A stretch of DNA of 64,000 nt from Chiloscyllium plagiosum (lineage: Eukaryota), in the NCBI RefSeq assembly GCF_004010195.1, contig NC_057719.1, positions 78,214,359 through 78,278,358 on the forward strand. The letters are read 5' to 3'. The position numbers and the translations under genes were made by a program. The notes below the pieces were generated by a model, which was not told the origin of the DNA, ran no database searches, and was given only the letters and a program-made list of their open reading frames with translations. Positions 12,047 through 25,222 of the stretch are shown in pieces (position 1 is the first letter of the stretch; each line of letters begins with the position of its first letter).

Positions 12047-13986
12047 TACTCCAACCTCTCACCCTCACAACCCACAGCCCTCCAATCCCTATGCTCCAAT
12101 CCTGACCTCACCATCAAACCAGCAGATAAAGGGGGCACAGTGGTAGTCTGGCACACTGACCTCAACACTGCTGAAGCCAGACACCAACTCAAGGACACCT
12201 CTTCCTACCGCCCCTCGACCATGACCCCACTCCCCCATCACCAAACCATCATCTCCCAGAACATATAGAACCTCATCACCTCAGGAGATCTCCCACCCAC
12301 AGCTTCCAACCTCATAGTCCGGGAACTCTGCACTGCCCGGTTCTACCTCCTTCCCAAGATCCACAAGCCTGACCACCCTGGCTGACCCATTGTCTCAGCA
12401 TTCTCCTGCCCCACTGAACTCACTTCTACCTACCTCGACACTGTCCTATCCCCCCTGGAACTCCACACATACATTTGAGACACCACCCACGCCCTCCACC
12501 TCCTCCAAGACTTTCGTTTCCCCGGTCCCCAACGCCTCATCTTCACCATGGATATCCAGTCCCTCTACACCTCCATCCGTCATGACCAGGGCCTCCAAGC
12601 CCTCTGTTTCTACCTCTCCCGACATCCCCAACAGTACCCTTCCACCGACACTCTCACTCATTTGGCCGAACTGGTCCTCACCCTTAACAATTTCTCCTTT
12701 GAATCCTCCCACTTCCTCCAGACCAAAGGGGTAGCCTTGGGCACCTGTATGGGCCCCAGCTATGCCTGTCTCTTTGTTGGCTACGTAGAGCAGTTGATCT
12801 TCCGTAATTACACCGGCACCACTCCCCACCTCTTCCTCCGCTACATTGATGACTGCATTGGCGCCACCTCGTGCTCCCGCGAGGAGGTTGAGCAATTCAC
12901 CAACTTCACCAACACATCCCACCCTGACCTTAAATTTACCTGGACCATCTCCATCTCCATTAATGACGACCGACTTGACACTGACATATTTTACAAACCC
13001 ACCGACTCCCACAGCTACCTGGATTACACCCCTTCCCACCCTACCTCNNNNNNNNNNNNNNNNNNNNNNNNNNNNNNNNNNNNNNNNNNNNNNNNNNNNN
13101 NNNNNNNNNNNNNNNNNNNNNNNNNNNNNNNNNNNNNNNNNNNNNNNNNNNNNNNNNNNNNNNNNNNNNNNNNNNNNNNNNNNNNNNNNNNNNNNNNNNN
13201 NNNNNNNNNNNNNNNNNNNNNNNNNNNNNNNNNNNNNNNNNNNNNNNNNNNNNNNNNNNNNNNNNNNNNNNNNNNNNNNNNNNNNNNNNNNNNNNNNNNN
13301 NNNNNNNNNNNNNNNNNNNNNNNNNNNNNNNNNNNNNNNNNNNNNNNNNNNNNNNNNNNNNNNNNNNNNNNNNNNNNNNNNNNNNNNNNNNNNNNNNNNN
13401 NNNNNNNNNNNNNNNNNNNNNNNNNNNNNNNNNNNNNNNNNNNNNNNNNNNNNNNNNNNNNNNNNNNNNNNNNNNNNNNNNNNNNNNNNNNNNNNNNNNN
13501 NNNNNNNNNNNNNNNNNNNNNNNNNNNNNNNNNNNNNNNNNNNNNNNNNNNNNNNNNNNNNNNNNNNNNNNNNNNNNNNNNNNNNNNNNNNNNNNNNNNN
13601 NNNNNNNNNNNNNNNNNNNNNNNNNNNNNNNNNNNNNNNNNNNNNNNNNNNNNNNNNNNNNNNNNNNNNNNNNNNNNNNNNNNNNNNNNNNNNNNNNNNN
13701 NNNNNNNNNNNNNNGTTGATATTTTTGAACATTTTGATATGAAAATGTGAAGGATATGGTGTGTGTTTTGATGTGCAAGAAGGTAGACTAGACACCAGGG
13801 AACACCCCCACCCTCCTTTAGCTTATCTCTCCACCCTTCAGGCTCTCTGCCTGTATTCCTGATGAAGGGTTTTGCCCGTAACGTCGATTTTCCTGCTCCT
13901 CGGATGCTGCCTGAACTGCTGTGCTTTTCCAGCACCACTCTAATCTAAACTCTGGTTTCCAGCATCTGCAGTCATTGTTTTTACCT
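12047..13986 (+). mobile_element. Penelope-like element (RT region, gap, pLTR) inserted in CR1
   Basis: IKPADKGG, MDIQSLYTSI, QTKGVALGTCMGPSYA, FLRYIDD; pLTR ~13805-13986 with CUGAUGA...GUAACGUC. Confidence 0.9.
13048..13714. other. Assembly gap
   Basis: N run. Confidence 1.
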
Positions 13987-15299
13987 TCATTAGAGAGAAG
14001 AAGGTTAAGAGGTGACTTAATAGAGACATATAAGATAATCAGAGGGTTAGATAGGGTGGATAGGGAGAGCCTTTTTCCAAGTATGGTGACGGCGAGCACG
14101 AGGCGGCATAGCTTTAAATTGAGGGGTGATAGATACAGGACAGATGTCAGAAGTAGTTTCTTTACTCAGAGAGTAGAAAGGTTTGCCTGCAATGGTAGTA
14201 GATTCGCCACCTTTAAGTACATTTAAGTTGTCATTGGACAAGCATGTGGACGTATGTGGAATAGTATAGGTTAGATGGGCTTCAGATTGGTATGACAGGT
14301 CGGCGCAACATTGAGGGCCGCAGGGCCCGTACTGCACTGTAATGTTCTATGTTCTATAAACAATGGAGAAATCCAAGCTCATTCTCTTGGAGTCAGTGGG
14401 AAAACTCTTCAGAGCCTTGGATTAAAAGTTGGACAGGTTTAGCACATATATTCGCCTGGGAAATGGAAGCATTGATTTAGAACTCAGTGTCTACCTGTTC
14501 CCATTTTTAACACATTTATTTAGGTGGCCAGAGACCTTGCCAGAAATAAGCGAGGATCTCAAGAATAGGTTCAGATGGCACCCTGAACATTTCCTTCCTT
14601 TAAACTTCATTCATCGGATCTGGCAAGGCCAGCATTTGTTGCCCATTCCTTATTGTCCTTGAGAAGGAGGTGATGAGCCAATTCCTAATCCATCATCATC
14701 ATCTTGTTTTGCTTAAATTACACAGTGCAATTTTTTTTATTTTGCTATTTGGACAATTTCAAAATGCTTTTATTGGCCGTAGAGTGGTCTGAGGGGATGC
14801 CAGACACCTTTTCTCCCCCCTTCCTGTTGGTACTTTTAGGAACTGTACTCTAGGAGTAAGGAACTTGGATGGTAGTAGGCAGGTTTGTAGGAGTCCTTCC
14901 CTTCCCAGAATTCCACAGGCATTCAGGTCAACTCCCTGAGCAGTTTTGTTTCTCCAGAGACAGTATGAAGGAATCCCACCATGACAAACTAGCGAAGAGG
15001 CTATCAATCAGAAATAAAACTGGAAAATGCAGATGTGGCAGTGTTACTGGAGAGAGACACAAAGTTAACATTTCACATTGGTAGCTCTTTTAACTCTGTT
15101 TGACTTTCCACAGATGCTGCCACAGGAACTGGGTGTTTCCAAGATTCTCCCTTTTTGTCCCAGAATTATGTTGCCTCTGGAGACTAGAGCTTCAACCTGT
15201 GGTCATAACTAACTCAATGCTGCAGTCAGGATCAATGCTGCCCTGAACTCTTTACACCCAGATGATATCGATAACATCAATTGGCTCACTTGCTTATAA

Positions 15300-16020
15300 G
15301 AGCAGGTGGCTTGGTTGCAACTTCAGTTCACACGTGGTGTAGGCATACCCACAGCGCTGGGTGCTGTTCCCTGCATCTGCACCTCTCGTCCTTCAAAGAG
15401 GTTGCTGTTGGAGAAACCTTGATGTGTTGTTGTAGAGGATTTTGTCAATGATAATACTGAGGTAATTTAGCCCATATTTAATTTAGCATCACTGATGGAG
15501 AGCATGAATATTTAAAGGATCTGGAATTTGCACCTATCCAGTTTAATAAGGAAATTTGCAAATGGTGGAAGGGCTTGGAGTATTGAAGAGAATTCCCAAC
15601 CTCTGCCCTGCTTCTGTAGCCATAACATTGATACGGCTTAAATTCCCGCTCAGCGGAGATCCCCAGTCTAGTGAAGGATTCAATGATGGTAGTGCCATTG
15701 AATGTTAAGGAGAGCTGGTTAGATCCTACCGTGGTGAAATTATTTGTTGCCTAACACGGGTATAGCATGAATGTTACTTGCCAAGTATTAGCTCAAGTTG
15801 TGTGGGTCTTACTGCATGAGTGGGCACAGACTGTTTGATTATCTAAGAAGTTGTGATGAAATTGGATATTGCGCAGTCATCAGACAGTAACCTCACTCCT
15901 GATCTCCTGATGGAGAGATGTGCACTGATGAAGCTGGATGAGATGGTTGGGCATAGGACACTACCATAAGAAACGTCTGCAGCAATGTCCTGGGACTGAA
16001 ATGATCTGCATCCAACACCT
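15300..16020 (-). mobile_element. Old CR1/L2-group LINE fragment (same family as 1-1108)
   Basis: ORF 15843-16154 ..GSVLCPTISSSFISAHLSIRRSGVRLLSDDC. Confidence 0.7.
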
Positions 16021-16402
16021 ACAGCCAGTGGGGTCACAAGGTGAGGTTTTGGTGTCAGCAGCTTTGAGGTAGCAATGGCAATCATGGAGTTCAGAGAGAC
16101 TCTTGGCTGCTGAGGCCCCTTTAAATCTTGCATCATTTTTTTGTCGGTGGGCATGACCTAATTGACTGCTCTCTGAGGCCCAATCTCTGCAGTATTGGAG
16201 GCTCGTAGGTGTTCATTTTTTTTGGAGAAACCCTGCCCTTTTGTAATTTCTCATCTCACTCAACTCCTGTTCTCCCACAGTCACCTGGTCAAAAATTAAA
16301 GCCCCTCAACCCTACTCCCCAGCACACAATCTCAGGAACTAAAATGGGTCCACACTAGAGAAATGTTTTGGAAACTCTGCTTAAAAGTGTTTCTTTGCCC
16401 CA

Positions 16403-16713
16403 GGCTCGGTGGTTAGCACTGTTGCCTCACAGCGCCAGGGATCCAGGTTCAATTCCAGTCTCGGGTGACTGTCTGCGTGGGTTTCCTCCAGGTGCTCTGG
16501 TTTCCTCCTACAGTCCAAAGATGTGCAGGTTGGGTGGATTGGCCATGCTAAGTTGCCCACTGTGTCCAGGGATTTGCAGGCTAAGTAGGTTAGCTATGGA
16601 GAATGCAGGGTTACAGGAACAGGGGAGGAGGTGGGTCTGGGTAGGTTGCTCTTTGAAGGGTCGGTGTACACTCAATGGACCAAATGGCCTGCTTCCACAC
16701 TGCAGGAATTCTA
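16403..16713 (+). mobile_element. HE1-type V-SINE
   Basis: gtggttagcactgttgcctcacagcgccagggatccaggttcaattcc head, V-domain gtgggtttcctccaggtgctc, CR1-like tail. Confidence 0.9.
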
Positions 16714-17519
16714 AACAAAAAACTTTGTGTTGGAAGGATCAATTAGGAGGCTATTAAAATTAATCATACCATAACACAATACTAAATTAATCATTGGCTA
16801 AATCACATAAGTATTATCATACCATTATCTCTCTTCTGCCAAGAGTTCGTTGTTTTCCTGTAACTGACCAATATTATTTATATGAGTGTGCTCTAATGAT
16901 ACAATTAGACAGCATTAGATTCCTCATCACTGAATCACTTTTCCACATGGCACTTATCTCCATTATGGGACAGACGTCTGCTAATTGCAGACATTCCCCG
17001 CTGACTCTGATCATATTTCTGGCCCCGAGGTTATTAATATTTGGGAGGCAGGTGCCCCTGACTGTTTGGGGACTCACGCCTATCTTACACTTGATAAGGC
17101 AGGGAGAAAGCTATGGCCTGCCTAGTGCTATGCATCCAAGTACATCAGAGTCTGATTGAGGCTACCCTTCACTCGGGGGCTAGATTTGCATCGTCTGTCC
17201 ATCTTCTCTCCCATCCTCATTTGCTAAGAGTTAGGCCACGGTCCATAGAGCAACCTATGCTTATGGGCAGGGTACTACAGTGGTTTGTTATTGCATTCAG
17301 TAGGATGCCTGGCCAGGAAACTCTCCTCTTATCACGTCAGGCATATTGGAAGAATTTACAGCTTACCAAACAATATTTTTGATGGCATCACAAATGTACC
17401 TTCCACGGCGACTACATCCTGGTCTGAGGCCTGAACCAAGAACTTCTGGTCCAGAGGGAAGGAAGCTATCACTGCACCTGAAGGACACCAGTAAATTTGG
17501 AGGTCAGTAAATCTGGAAA

Positions 17520-17990
17520 TCCTAGAATCAGTGCAGCATAGAAGGAAGACATGAGGCCTTTCAAGTCTGGGCTGGCTGTCTGCAAGAGCAATTCATTTAG
17601 TATCACTCCCCTGCATTTTCCCATAGCCCTGGAAAATGTTTCTCTTCAGAAATTCTCCAGTTCTCTTTTGAGTGTCACAACTGAATCTAGTTCTGTCACA
17701 CTGTAACATGGTTCATTTTTGTATAATAAAGATTTGTCATTGCTTTTTTTTTCGCCAATCACATTCAAACTGCATTCTCTGGTTTCCTATCCTTCCACCG
17801 GATCTGTCATGATTTTAAACTCCTCCTTCAAATCTGGGGTCTTAAACTTCCCTTCTCCAAGGAGAACAGCCTGTACTTCACCACTCTACCCCAAAATTCT
17901 GAAGTTTCTTTTTATCTTTTCAGCATTCTCTCCAATATCTACATTTCTTTAATAATGTATGGCACGCAGAATTGGACACAAATCCCATTT
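17520..17990 (-). mobile_element. Old degenerate CR1 3' fragment
   Basis: ccttctccaaggagaacagcc and cagaattggacac CR1 motifs. Confidence 0.55.
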
Positions 17991-18539
17991 GAAGTGGTTT
18001 TAAGTTTTATACATGTTTATCAACTACCCTGCTTTCATAAACTTGCTTTTATGATGTAAGGTGTGTGATTTATATATAATTTCATATTATTTAGTTTCGT
18101 GTTTAGATTTCAAACGAGTGATATGTGGGTCTTGGTCTGTGTGAATTTAATGATTAATTTATCCGCATTTCTGGAGCCATATGCTTTTGAGTGAGTTATT
18201 TCCTGGAGTGTTAAGGGAATTGGTTTGCATCTGGGAGAATTTTAAGAGCAGACAGAAGGGCATTAGCATGCTTTCATTGGCTAGGTTTCATGAAGGGTTT
18301 CTCTCTGTGAACCCTAGCCAAGCTGACCTCATTAGCCAGGCACAAGGCCCCTATGGCAATCCACTGGTCTGATGCTGACCCAATTCTCCGGCTGATTGTA
18401 GATGAAGGTGCTCACCACATCTGGGATATCCCAGAACTTCTGCTATATTAAAAAGGTCATCGTGCAGCTAGTTGGTCAACAACATCAATCTGGAGATGTA
18501 CAGTTGGAGACATTTGCCCTGAACATATCAGTCAAGAGT

Positions 18540-18700
18540 AAATTGGTGTCCTGCTTTGCAGACAGAGACCTAGACATTCTGGTGGATGGGATGGCACAGA
18601 GGAAGGTCATGCTCTTCCCTCTGGACTGACAGAAGAGACCAGCTGTGGAAGCCAGGACTGCACTGAGACATACTGGGAGGGAAGGGAAGAAGATGTTCTG
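18540..18700 (+). mobile_element. Myb/SANT-like remnant of a PIF/Harbinger transposon
   Basis: SCFADRDLDILVDGMAQRKVMLFP resembles the F.D.DL..LV..V..R...LF start of Harbinger Myb/SANT proteins. Confidence 0.5.
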
Positions 18701-20199
18701 AGGGCACGGGTAATCTTCATTTGTCTAAAATTGATGCCCCTCTCACCCCACCCTTCCCTCCTCCCTCAGAGAATGAAATGCTTACCCCACCCATTCCAGG
18801 TAGCAGCCATTTTCAGCTCCATTGTGCACTTGCTATTTAGATGGAAACAGCGGTTGCTCCTCAAACAGCAAGTGTCCGGTTCCACCTCTTACCTCTGGGC
18901 GAATCCCGAAATGAAAACATTTTCTTTGTGGCAGCCCTCCATGTTAATCCCATAGGGATTAGATTTCCCAACTCAATCTGTCTGTGTAAGTTATGACCTA
19001 CCCAACCACCAGTCCCAGGCATGTTGAGTAAATGTGCCAGATTCAGTAGTCCCCTCCATTAAAGTTGGGGTGCTACTTGCAGTTGATGGACCACCGTTCC
19101 CAAATTACCTCTCTCCCTTCAATGCTCTATCATTGCCTCCTCCTCTATACTGAGTTCGCCCCTTTGAAGTTGTAATTCTATGCTCACTATTACGTTCCTC
19201 ACCTTCTCTCCTACAGCAATGGTCCACAATGATCTCCTCACTCCCTCTTGAGTTTTATTGGATGGATCCATAATACTAATGGGTAGTCACTCCCTCGGGT
19301 GACAGAGCCAGAAAGCCCAAACACCGAGTGACCAGACTCCTGACTGATACCTACAGGTTCACATAGCTGTTCCTGCAACTCCCTGGACTAGTTGCATTGA
19401 ACCTGCAGGGCTTGTTAGGCTTATTTCCTGCACAACAGTAGTTTGCCCCCCTCTGCAAAAGGAGTGGCCAACTGACTATGCCCAAATCCCTGGACTAATA
19501 TCTTAGGTTGTCCTTGATCTACCATGCTGGAATCCTCTGTGTGAAAGATGTCACTCTGGAGTGGACTGAGGGCTACTCCCCTTGGATTTTGAACTGTGGC
19601 TATTTGCTATTTTCCTTGTGTATTAAGTGTGCTTACAGCAATCTTACAATGAAAGGTCTCTGAATTACCATTCTAGCACCAATATTACTAGGCCATAGCC
19701 TCTGCTTCCATGCTGGTAAGTTATGTTTGTATGTGCTGTGCAGCCATGAGATGATTATTGAGTGTGAACCCCCCCATTAACTCACTAAACACCTTATTTG
19801 TGTAATATGTTTAATTTTCACCTTGCCACATAGTGGAATAATAATTTGACAAGCTATTATTTGAAAGGAGGATTCATTTCTCAGAGATTTTTTTTAATTT
19901 TATATTTCCAGAAGGAAAATATCAAAAGAACTCACATGGTCAAATCAAAAATGAGTTATGGTCTGACTGGCAACCAGAAATTGAAACCATTTTTCATTCC
20001 TCTTGATGCCCAATCCTATTTATAATATATATGAAAACTTAAAATGGAGTTGTCATTTATTTTGCTGTGATTTTTTTAATGGCTCATTTTACAAATGTTG
20101 TGAGGCACATTTTAACTTTTTCCAAAAAGTAACCGTCTTACAAATTCCAAACTTAGATTTAAATAATATGCAATAAATAAAGAAGAAATAAACATCTAT

Positions 20200-21068
20200 T
20201 TGTACCGTATGACCACAGGATGGTCCAAAGAACCTTCCAGCCAATGTTGCACTTTTGAAACACTGCAGCAGCCAATTTTCACACAGCTCGAACCAAAACA
20301 AAAGCAATATGTTAATAATTGAAATCTTATTTTTTCATGTTGTGGAATAACAAACGTTGACCAAGGCTTTTAGAAGAAGCCCTCTGCTATTCTTCAAATA
20401 ATTCCATGGGCTCTTTACATCTCTGTGAGAGGGCAGAAATTTAACACCTTATCTAAAAGCTAGCATCTCTGGCATAGACCAGTGGCATAGTAGTAATGTC
20501 AAGAACAACTAATCCAAGAGTCTCGGTTAATGCTATGGGAAAGATGGGTTCTAAAATAACTGCATGGAGGCCGGGTCCTGTCACCAAGTCATCCTTTATT
20601 TACCAGTGCACAGTTCACTGTCTGTAACCAGCCAGCTCACAGTCAGTACTCAACTGAGGAGATTCTCATCTCCTGGTTATATGTATTTGTTTTCAAATCC
20701 CACTGTGTCATCAGGTAAGATTTGAGTTCACTTTAATAATCTCAGTGATAATGACTATAAAATTTCCACTAATTGTTGCAAAAAACTGATACAAGTCATT
20801 AATTGCCTTGAGGGAGACAGATCTACCATTCTTAGCTGGTATAATTTACATGAGACTCCAGGCACAGATCACTATGGTTGACTTTTAATTGCCCTCTGAA
20901 ATAGTGTCGTAAGGTATTCACTTCAAGAGCAATTAGAGATGGGCAGTGAATGTTGGTCTTGTCAGTAATGCCCACAGCCCATGAAAGAATATAAACAATA
21001 CAGTATTCTCACAGCCAGGATTATGCACTCAAGTCTCTGGAGTGGAACTTGAAACCAAAACCTTCATG
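20200..21068 (-). mobile_element. DeuSINE (SacSINE1/AmnSINE-like) remnant split by a younger SINE
   Basis: cagccaatg..gcacttttgaa, gcagccaattt, tcttcaaata..ccatggg..ctctttaca..tgagagggcaga, and ggattatgcactcaagtctctggagtggaacttgaa after the insert. Confidence 0.65.
20477..20995 (+). mobile_element. tRNA-headed SINE containing a ~140-bp unrelated insert (~20553-20690)
   Basis: B-box gggttc|aaatccca is split by the insert; tail gtaatgcccacagcccatgaaagaat. Confidence 0.65.
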
Positions 21069-21657
21069 GCCCACAGCTGACACCAGCATAAAATGCTGCT
21101 TACTTTACTGCTTCACTAACAGCACAAATAAAGATGCATGGTGTCATATATTAACACATTATTATCTTTTCCAGTTTGTCAAAATGCTTTATGAGAAGCA
21201 AGCTGGCCCTAATTTGAATTCTGCGCAGAAGTCCATGTAGAGTCACTATGAAACATATTTTTAATTACCAATTTGGTTCACTGAAGAATAAGACTGGTAT
21301 GCTATCAATGAAATGTGGTTATTTGTGAAAGTCTGACAGTTAGCAAACCATTCGGTATGCATGATTTGAACAATTTTTTAAAAAAATCCTTCACAGGATC
21401 GAGCCAAAAAGACTAATGATAGCACTAGAATCTCAGACTTTGTAAATCTTAACAAGATATACATTGCCTTATTGCACTGGGAACACCATGTTCTTGATGG
21501 AAAAACATTTGTCCGGATTGTGAACTTGTAACACAGAAAGGTGGGAGATATATAGTCTGATTGCTCATCTTTATAATATGGTATGTTACTTGTTTTACCA
21601 GGGTTAACAGAAAAGAAATTCTAATTGTCATGGCAGCATTTCCTTGAAAATTTTCTT

Positions 21658-21716
21658 ATAGAGTCATAGAGTCATAGAGATGTACAGCATGGAAACAGAC
21701 CCTTAGTCCAACCCGT
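21658..21716 (-). mobile_element. Very short CR1 3' tail
   Basis: atagagtcatagagtcatagagatgtacagcatggaaacagaccc. Confidence 0.8.
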
Positions 21717-21995
21717 ATGTTAAAGATACATGGATCACAATTTTAATTTGTAATTTTCCATTTTGTTGAGCTAATCCATGCTCCTGAATCCTACCTTGTG
21801 GCATAAGGTAATAGTTCTGAGGGGGTTAATGTTCAATATTACTTTGGCTCCACCCATTCTACAGATGTCTCACATGCAGTTTGAGAGTGAGAAAAAGAGT
21901 TCTACTCTAGCTTTCAGAGGGAGCGGTTGTATCTGGACCAGCTCCTTAAGGTCATTCTAATTATGCCTGATCAAATGTAATGTACTTTGATTTGA

Positions 21996-22212
21996 GTTAA
22001 AAATCACACAACACCAGTTTATAGTCCAGCAGGTTTATTTGGAAGCACTAACTTTCAGAGACCTGCTCCTACATCAGATGGTTGACCACTTGATGAAGGG
22101 GCGGCGCTCCGAGAGCTAGTGCTTCCAAATAAACCTGCTGGACTATAACCTGCTGTTGTGTGATTTTTAACTTTGTACACCCCCAGTCCAACACCGGCAC
22201 CTCCAAATCATG
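21996..22212. mobile_element. Fold-back Penelope pLTR pair (family D) with 12-bp TSD
   Basis: Inverted arms 21996-22077 and 22090-22171; actttgatttga at 21984-21995 and 22213-22224. Confidence 0.85.
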
Positions 22213-22692
22213 ACTTTGATTTGATTTCTTGTCGTCACATGTACCTTTAAAGTCAAAAGCTTTGTTTTGTGAACAGTACAGTCAGATCATTCACAAACAA
22301 GAGCAAACAGATCATCGGGTGCTTAGACAGAGCGAGGCATACAAGGTTACAGCTGCAGAGGAGGTGCGCAAAGCAAGATCAACATTGTTTGAAGTTAGAG
22401 AGTCCATTCATCAGCCTAATAACAGCAGGGAAGAAGCTGTTCTTGAACCTGTTGGTGCGGGTGTTCAAACTTCTGTATCTTCCTCCTGATAGAAGATGTT
22501 GGAGGAAAGCATTACCAGGTTGGGAGGGTTTTTTGATTATGTAGGCAGCCTTTCCACTGCAAGAGAAGTATAAATGGAGTCCATGGATGGGAGGTTGGCT
22601 TCCATGATGCTCTGGGCTGTGCACACAACTTTCTGCAGTTTCTTACTGTCGACTGGGTAGAGCAGTTGCTGTACCAGGCCATTATCACCAGA

Positions 22693-22824
22693 TACTATTC
22701 CTGAAGAAGGGCTCATGCCCGAAACGTCGATTCTCCTGCTCCTTGGATGCTGCCTGACCTGCTGTGCTTTTCCAGCAACACATGTTCAGCTCTGATCTCC
22801 AGCATCTGCAGTCCTCACTTTCTG
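22693..22824 (+). mobile_element. Solo Penelope pLTR (family A) with 13-bp TSD inside the Rex element
   Basis: cattatcaccaga at 22680-22692 and 22825-22837. Confidence 0.85.
22697..22733 (+). ncRNA. Minimal hammerhead ribozyme motif (family A)
   Basis: AUUC-CUGAAGA-A-GGGC(UCAU)GCCC-GAAAC-GUC-GAUU. Confidence 0.7.
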
Positions 22825-23914
22825 CATTATCACCAGACAGTAAGCTTTCTGTGGTGCATCTGCAAAAGTTGGCGAGGGTCCTTATGGGCATGCCGAATTT
22901 CCTATGCAGCCTGAGGAAGACGAGCTGTTGTCGTGCCTTCTTGACCACTGTATCTGTGTGGGAAGTCCAGGACAGATTGTCAGTTATTGTCACTCTGAGG
23001 AACTTGACATTCTCCACCCTCTCAACCTCCGCTCCATTGATGTAGATGCAGGTGTGTCCTCCTCCTTTCTTTCTGAAATCAATGATCAGTACTTTTGTTT
23101 TGCCAACATTGAGAGAGAAGTTCTTATTATTGCATCACGACACCACACCCTCTATCTCCTTTCTGTATTCTGACTCATTGTTGTTTGATATCCAACCTAC
23201 CACAGTGGTGTCATCAGCAAATTTATTGATAGCATTCATTTGGAATTTGGTTACACAGTCATGGGTGTACACAGAGTACTGTAGGGAGCTGAGAACACAT
23301 CCACGAGGAGCTCCAGTGTTGACGGTTATTTGTGGAGAAGGTGCAGTTGTCTATCTTCATTGATTGTGGTCGTAGGTCAGGTACCAGAGGATCTAGTTAT
23401 TTATTGTTATTATTGATTAAGCTTTCTTATTACCTATGAACAGTGCCTCTACAGGTAGATACTCAGTGGTAGTGCATACTACACATTCTGTCATTATCCA
23501 TGAGATAGGCCCAATGCAGAGACAAAGACAACAAGTCAGCAAACTACTACAAGCAACCCTTACCCAGTACCATATACTGGTAGCAGTGGCAAGTACCATT
23601 TGCATGTAGCAAATTCTGATTTAGTTGATGTACAATAATTTGGGTTTTTATTAGCAAGAGTTTCTGGTTGTATTGGTCTTTTGGGCATAGTAAAATATTC
23701 ATTTTATCCATAAAAATGTACTTTTCGCTTATATATCCAGTTCTGTTTCAAAAGAAAAGACCTGAACATGTGTTTTCATTATTGTATTAATTTTTCATGA
23801 ATATTTTAAGTGCTCTATTTCCTCACTATTTCTGAAATATGTTGTCTTCACCACATACTGTCGACTAAGCTGAGGGGAAGGAAAAGGAGCTCTATTTAAA
23901 AGGCTTTTCTCACA

Positions 23915-24120
23915 CCCTCAGAGTGTTTCAACATGCTATACAGCCAAGGAGTTATTTTTGCTGTATTGGTCATCTCAGACAATTCCTACACTCTCTCCGT
24001 AACAAACAAATACATAATTCACCTATTTTGGGAGTTTTGATTAAAACTTGAGTGTTGACCAGAACACTAGGAGAGTTCCCCATTCTTCTTTGAATTGCCA
24101 AAGGGAAGTTGCATATTTTC
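23915..24120 (-). mobile_element. DeuSINE remnant
   Basis: tacagccaaggagttattttt and ttgaccagaacactaggagagttccccattcttcttt. Confidence 0.5.
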
Positions 24121-24129
24121 ACCTTGTCT

Positions 24130-25222
24130 AAAGACTAACATTGTGGACAACTGAATCCTTCTTCTCAGTGCACCACGGCCAATAAGAGACCAGCGTTAGA
24201 GGCCCTTAGCTCAACCTCCATTTCTGAAGAGAAAGCCACTGAACCCTCAGAGAATGCACGAGCAAGCTTTTCACCTGCACCTTCCACCTCATGACTATTT
24301 AGTTGTGACCTTGAATTTGATAAGTCAGAGACCTTTTCATAAGAGAATCAGCCACCTTGTGCCTCTTGCAAACCAGTGGAAGCATTAGGGAAAACGAAAG
24401 AAGAAACCTTTAGATTAGCAAGAACCAATCCAACAAATCCTGTGAACAAAAACTACGAACTGTTATATTTTTCCTGTTTTCTCTCCACCCGTGTGTGTTT
24501 TTCTCATAGTTTAGGTTCGCCTGCATGGTTGTGTATAAAAGGTCTGTAAAGGATGTAAAGTTGTAATTTGTAGAGTTTACTTAGAGTCATAGACCCTTTG
24601 GTCCAACCAATCTATGCCAACCATGTTCCGAAATTAAACTAGTCCCACCTGCCTGCACTTAGCCCATATCCCTCTAAATATTCTTATTCATGTATTTATC
24701 CAAATGTATTTTAAATGATGTAGCTGTACCGTCATCCACCACTTCCTCTGGAAGTTCATTCCACATGCAAACTACATTTTGTAAAACAAAACAACATTTC
24801 CCCCATATCTTTTTAAAATCTTTATCCTCTCAACTTAAAACTATGCCTCCTAGTCTTGAAATCCCCCACCCCTAGGAAAAGACACCTGCCATTCACCTTG
24901 TCTGTATCCCTCATGATTTTATAAATCTCTGTAAGGTCACCCCTCAACCTCCTATGCTCCAGTGAAAAAGGTCACAGCCAATACAGCCTCTCCCCATAAC
25001 TTAATTTAGTTTATTTGTTTACTTGTAACTAGAATCTAATGAATATACAATGATTTCTTGTTAAGAGCTGACACCTGGCCTGTGCTTCTATTAACCTGGG
25101 TTTCAAAATCAGGTGGTTTGGAAATTTTACGTGTTTCTTTATAATAACTTCAACTTTTGTGATGACCTTACAAATAGTGGGATCTTGATTTCCAGCATGT
25201 TATCACAGTGAGTCATGATAAT
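24130..25222 (+). mobile_element. Possible LTR-like sequence split by a CR1 tail
   Basis: U3/R-like composition ending gggatcttgatttccagc...gtcatga directly before a Gypsy RT remnant; no partner LTR seen. Confidence 0.3.
24583..25000 (-). mobile_element. CR1 3' fragment
   Basis: agagtcataga tail; aaggtcacccctcaacctcctatgctccagtgaaaa. Confidence 0.85.

Larger units (their letters stand above)
9865..14358 (+). mobile_element. Long CR1 ORF2 remnant (endonuclease end, linker, RT, 3' tail), interrupted by a gap, a pLTR palindrome and a Penelope element
   Basis: SDH endonuclease motif in 9922-10253; RT motifs in ORF 10695-11939; resumes at ~13987 (ERRRLRGDLIETYKII) and ends in ttctatgttctat. Confidence 0.9.
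22225..23397 (-). mobile_element. Rex1/Babar-clade LINE 3' fragment
   Basis: TGAPRG, KFADDTTVVG, ENVKFLRVTITDNLSWT, LSGGRYRSLNTRTNRFKNSFFPAVIRL. Confidence 0.85.

Noticed and set aside
16403..16460. tRNA genes at SINE heads
   Set aside because: A/B boxes run into V-SINE bodies; no complete cloverleaf
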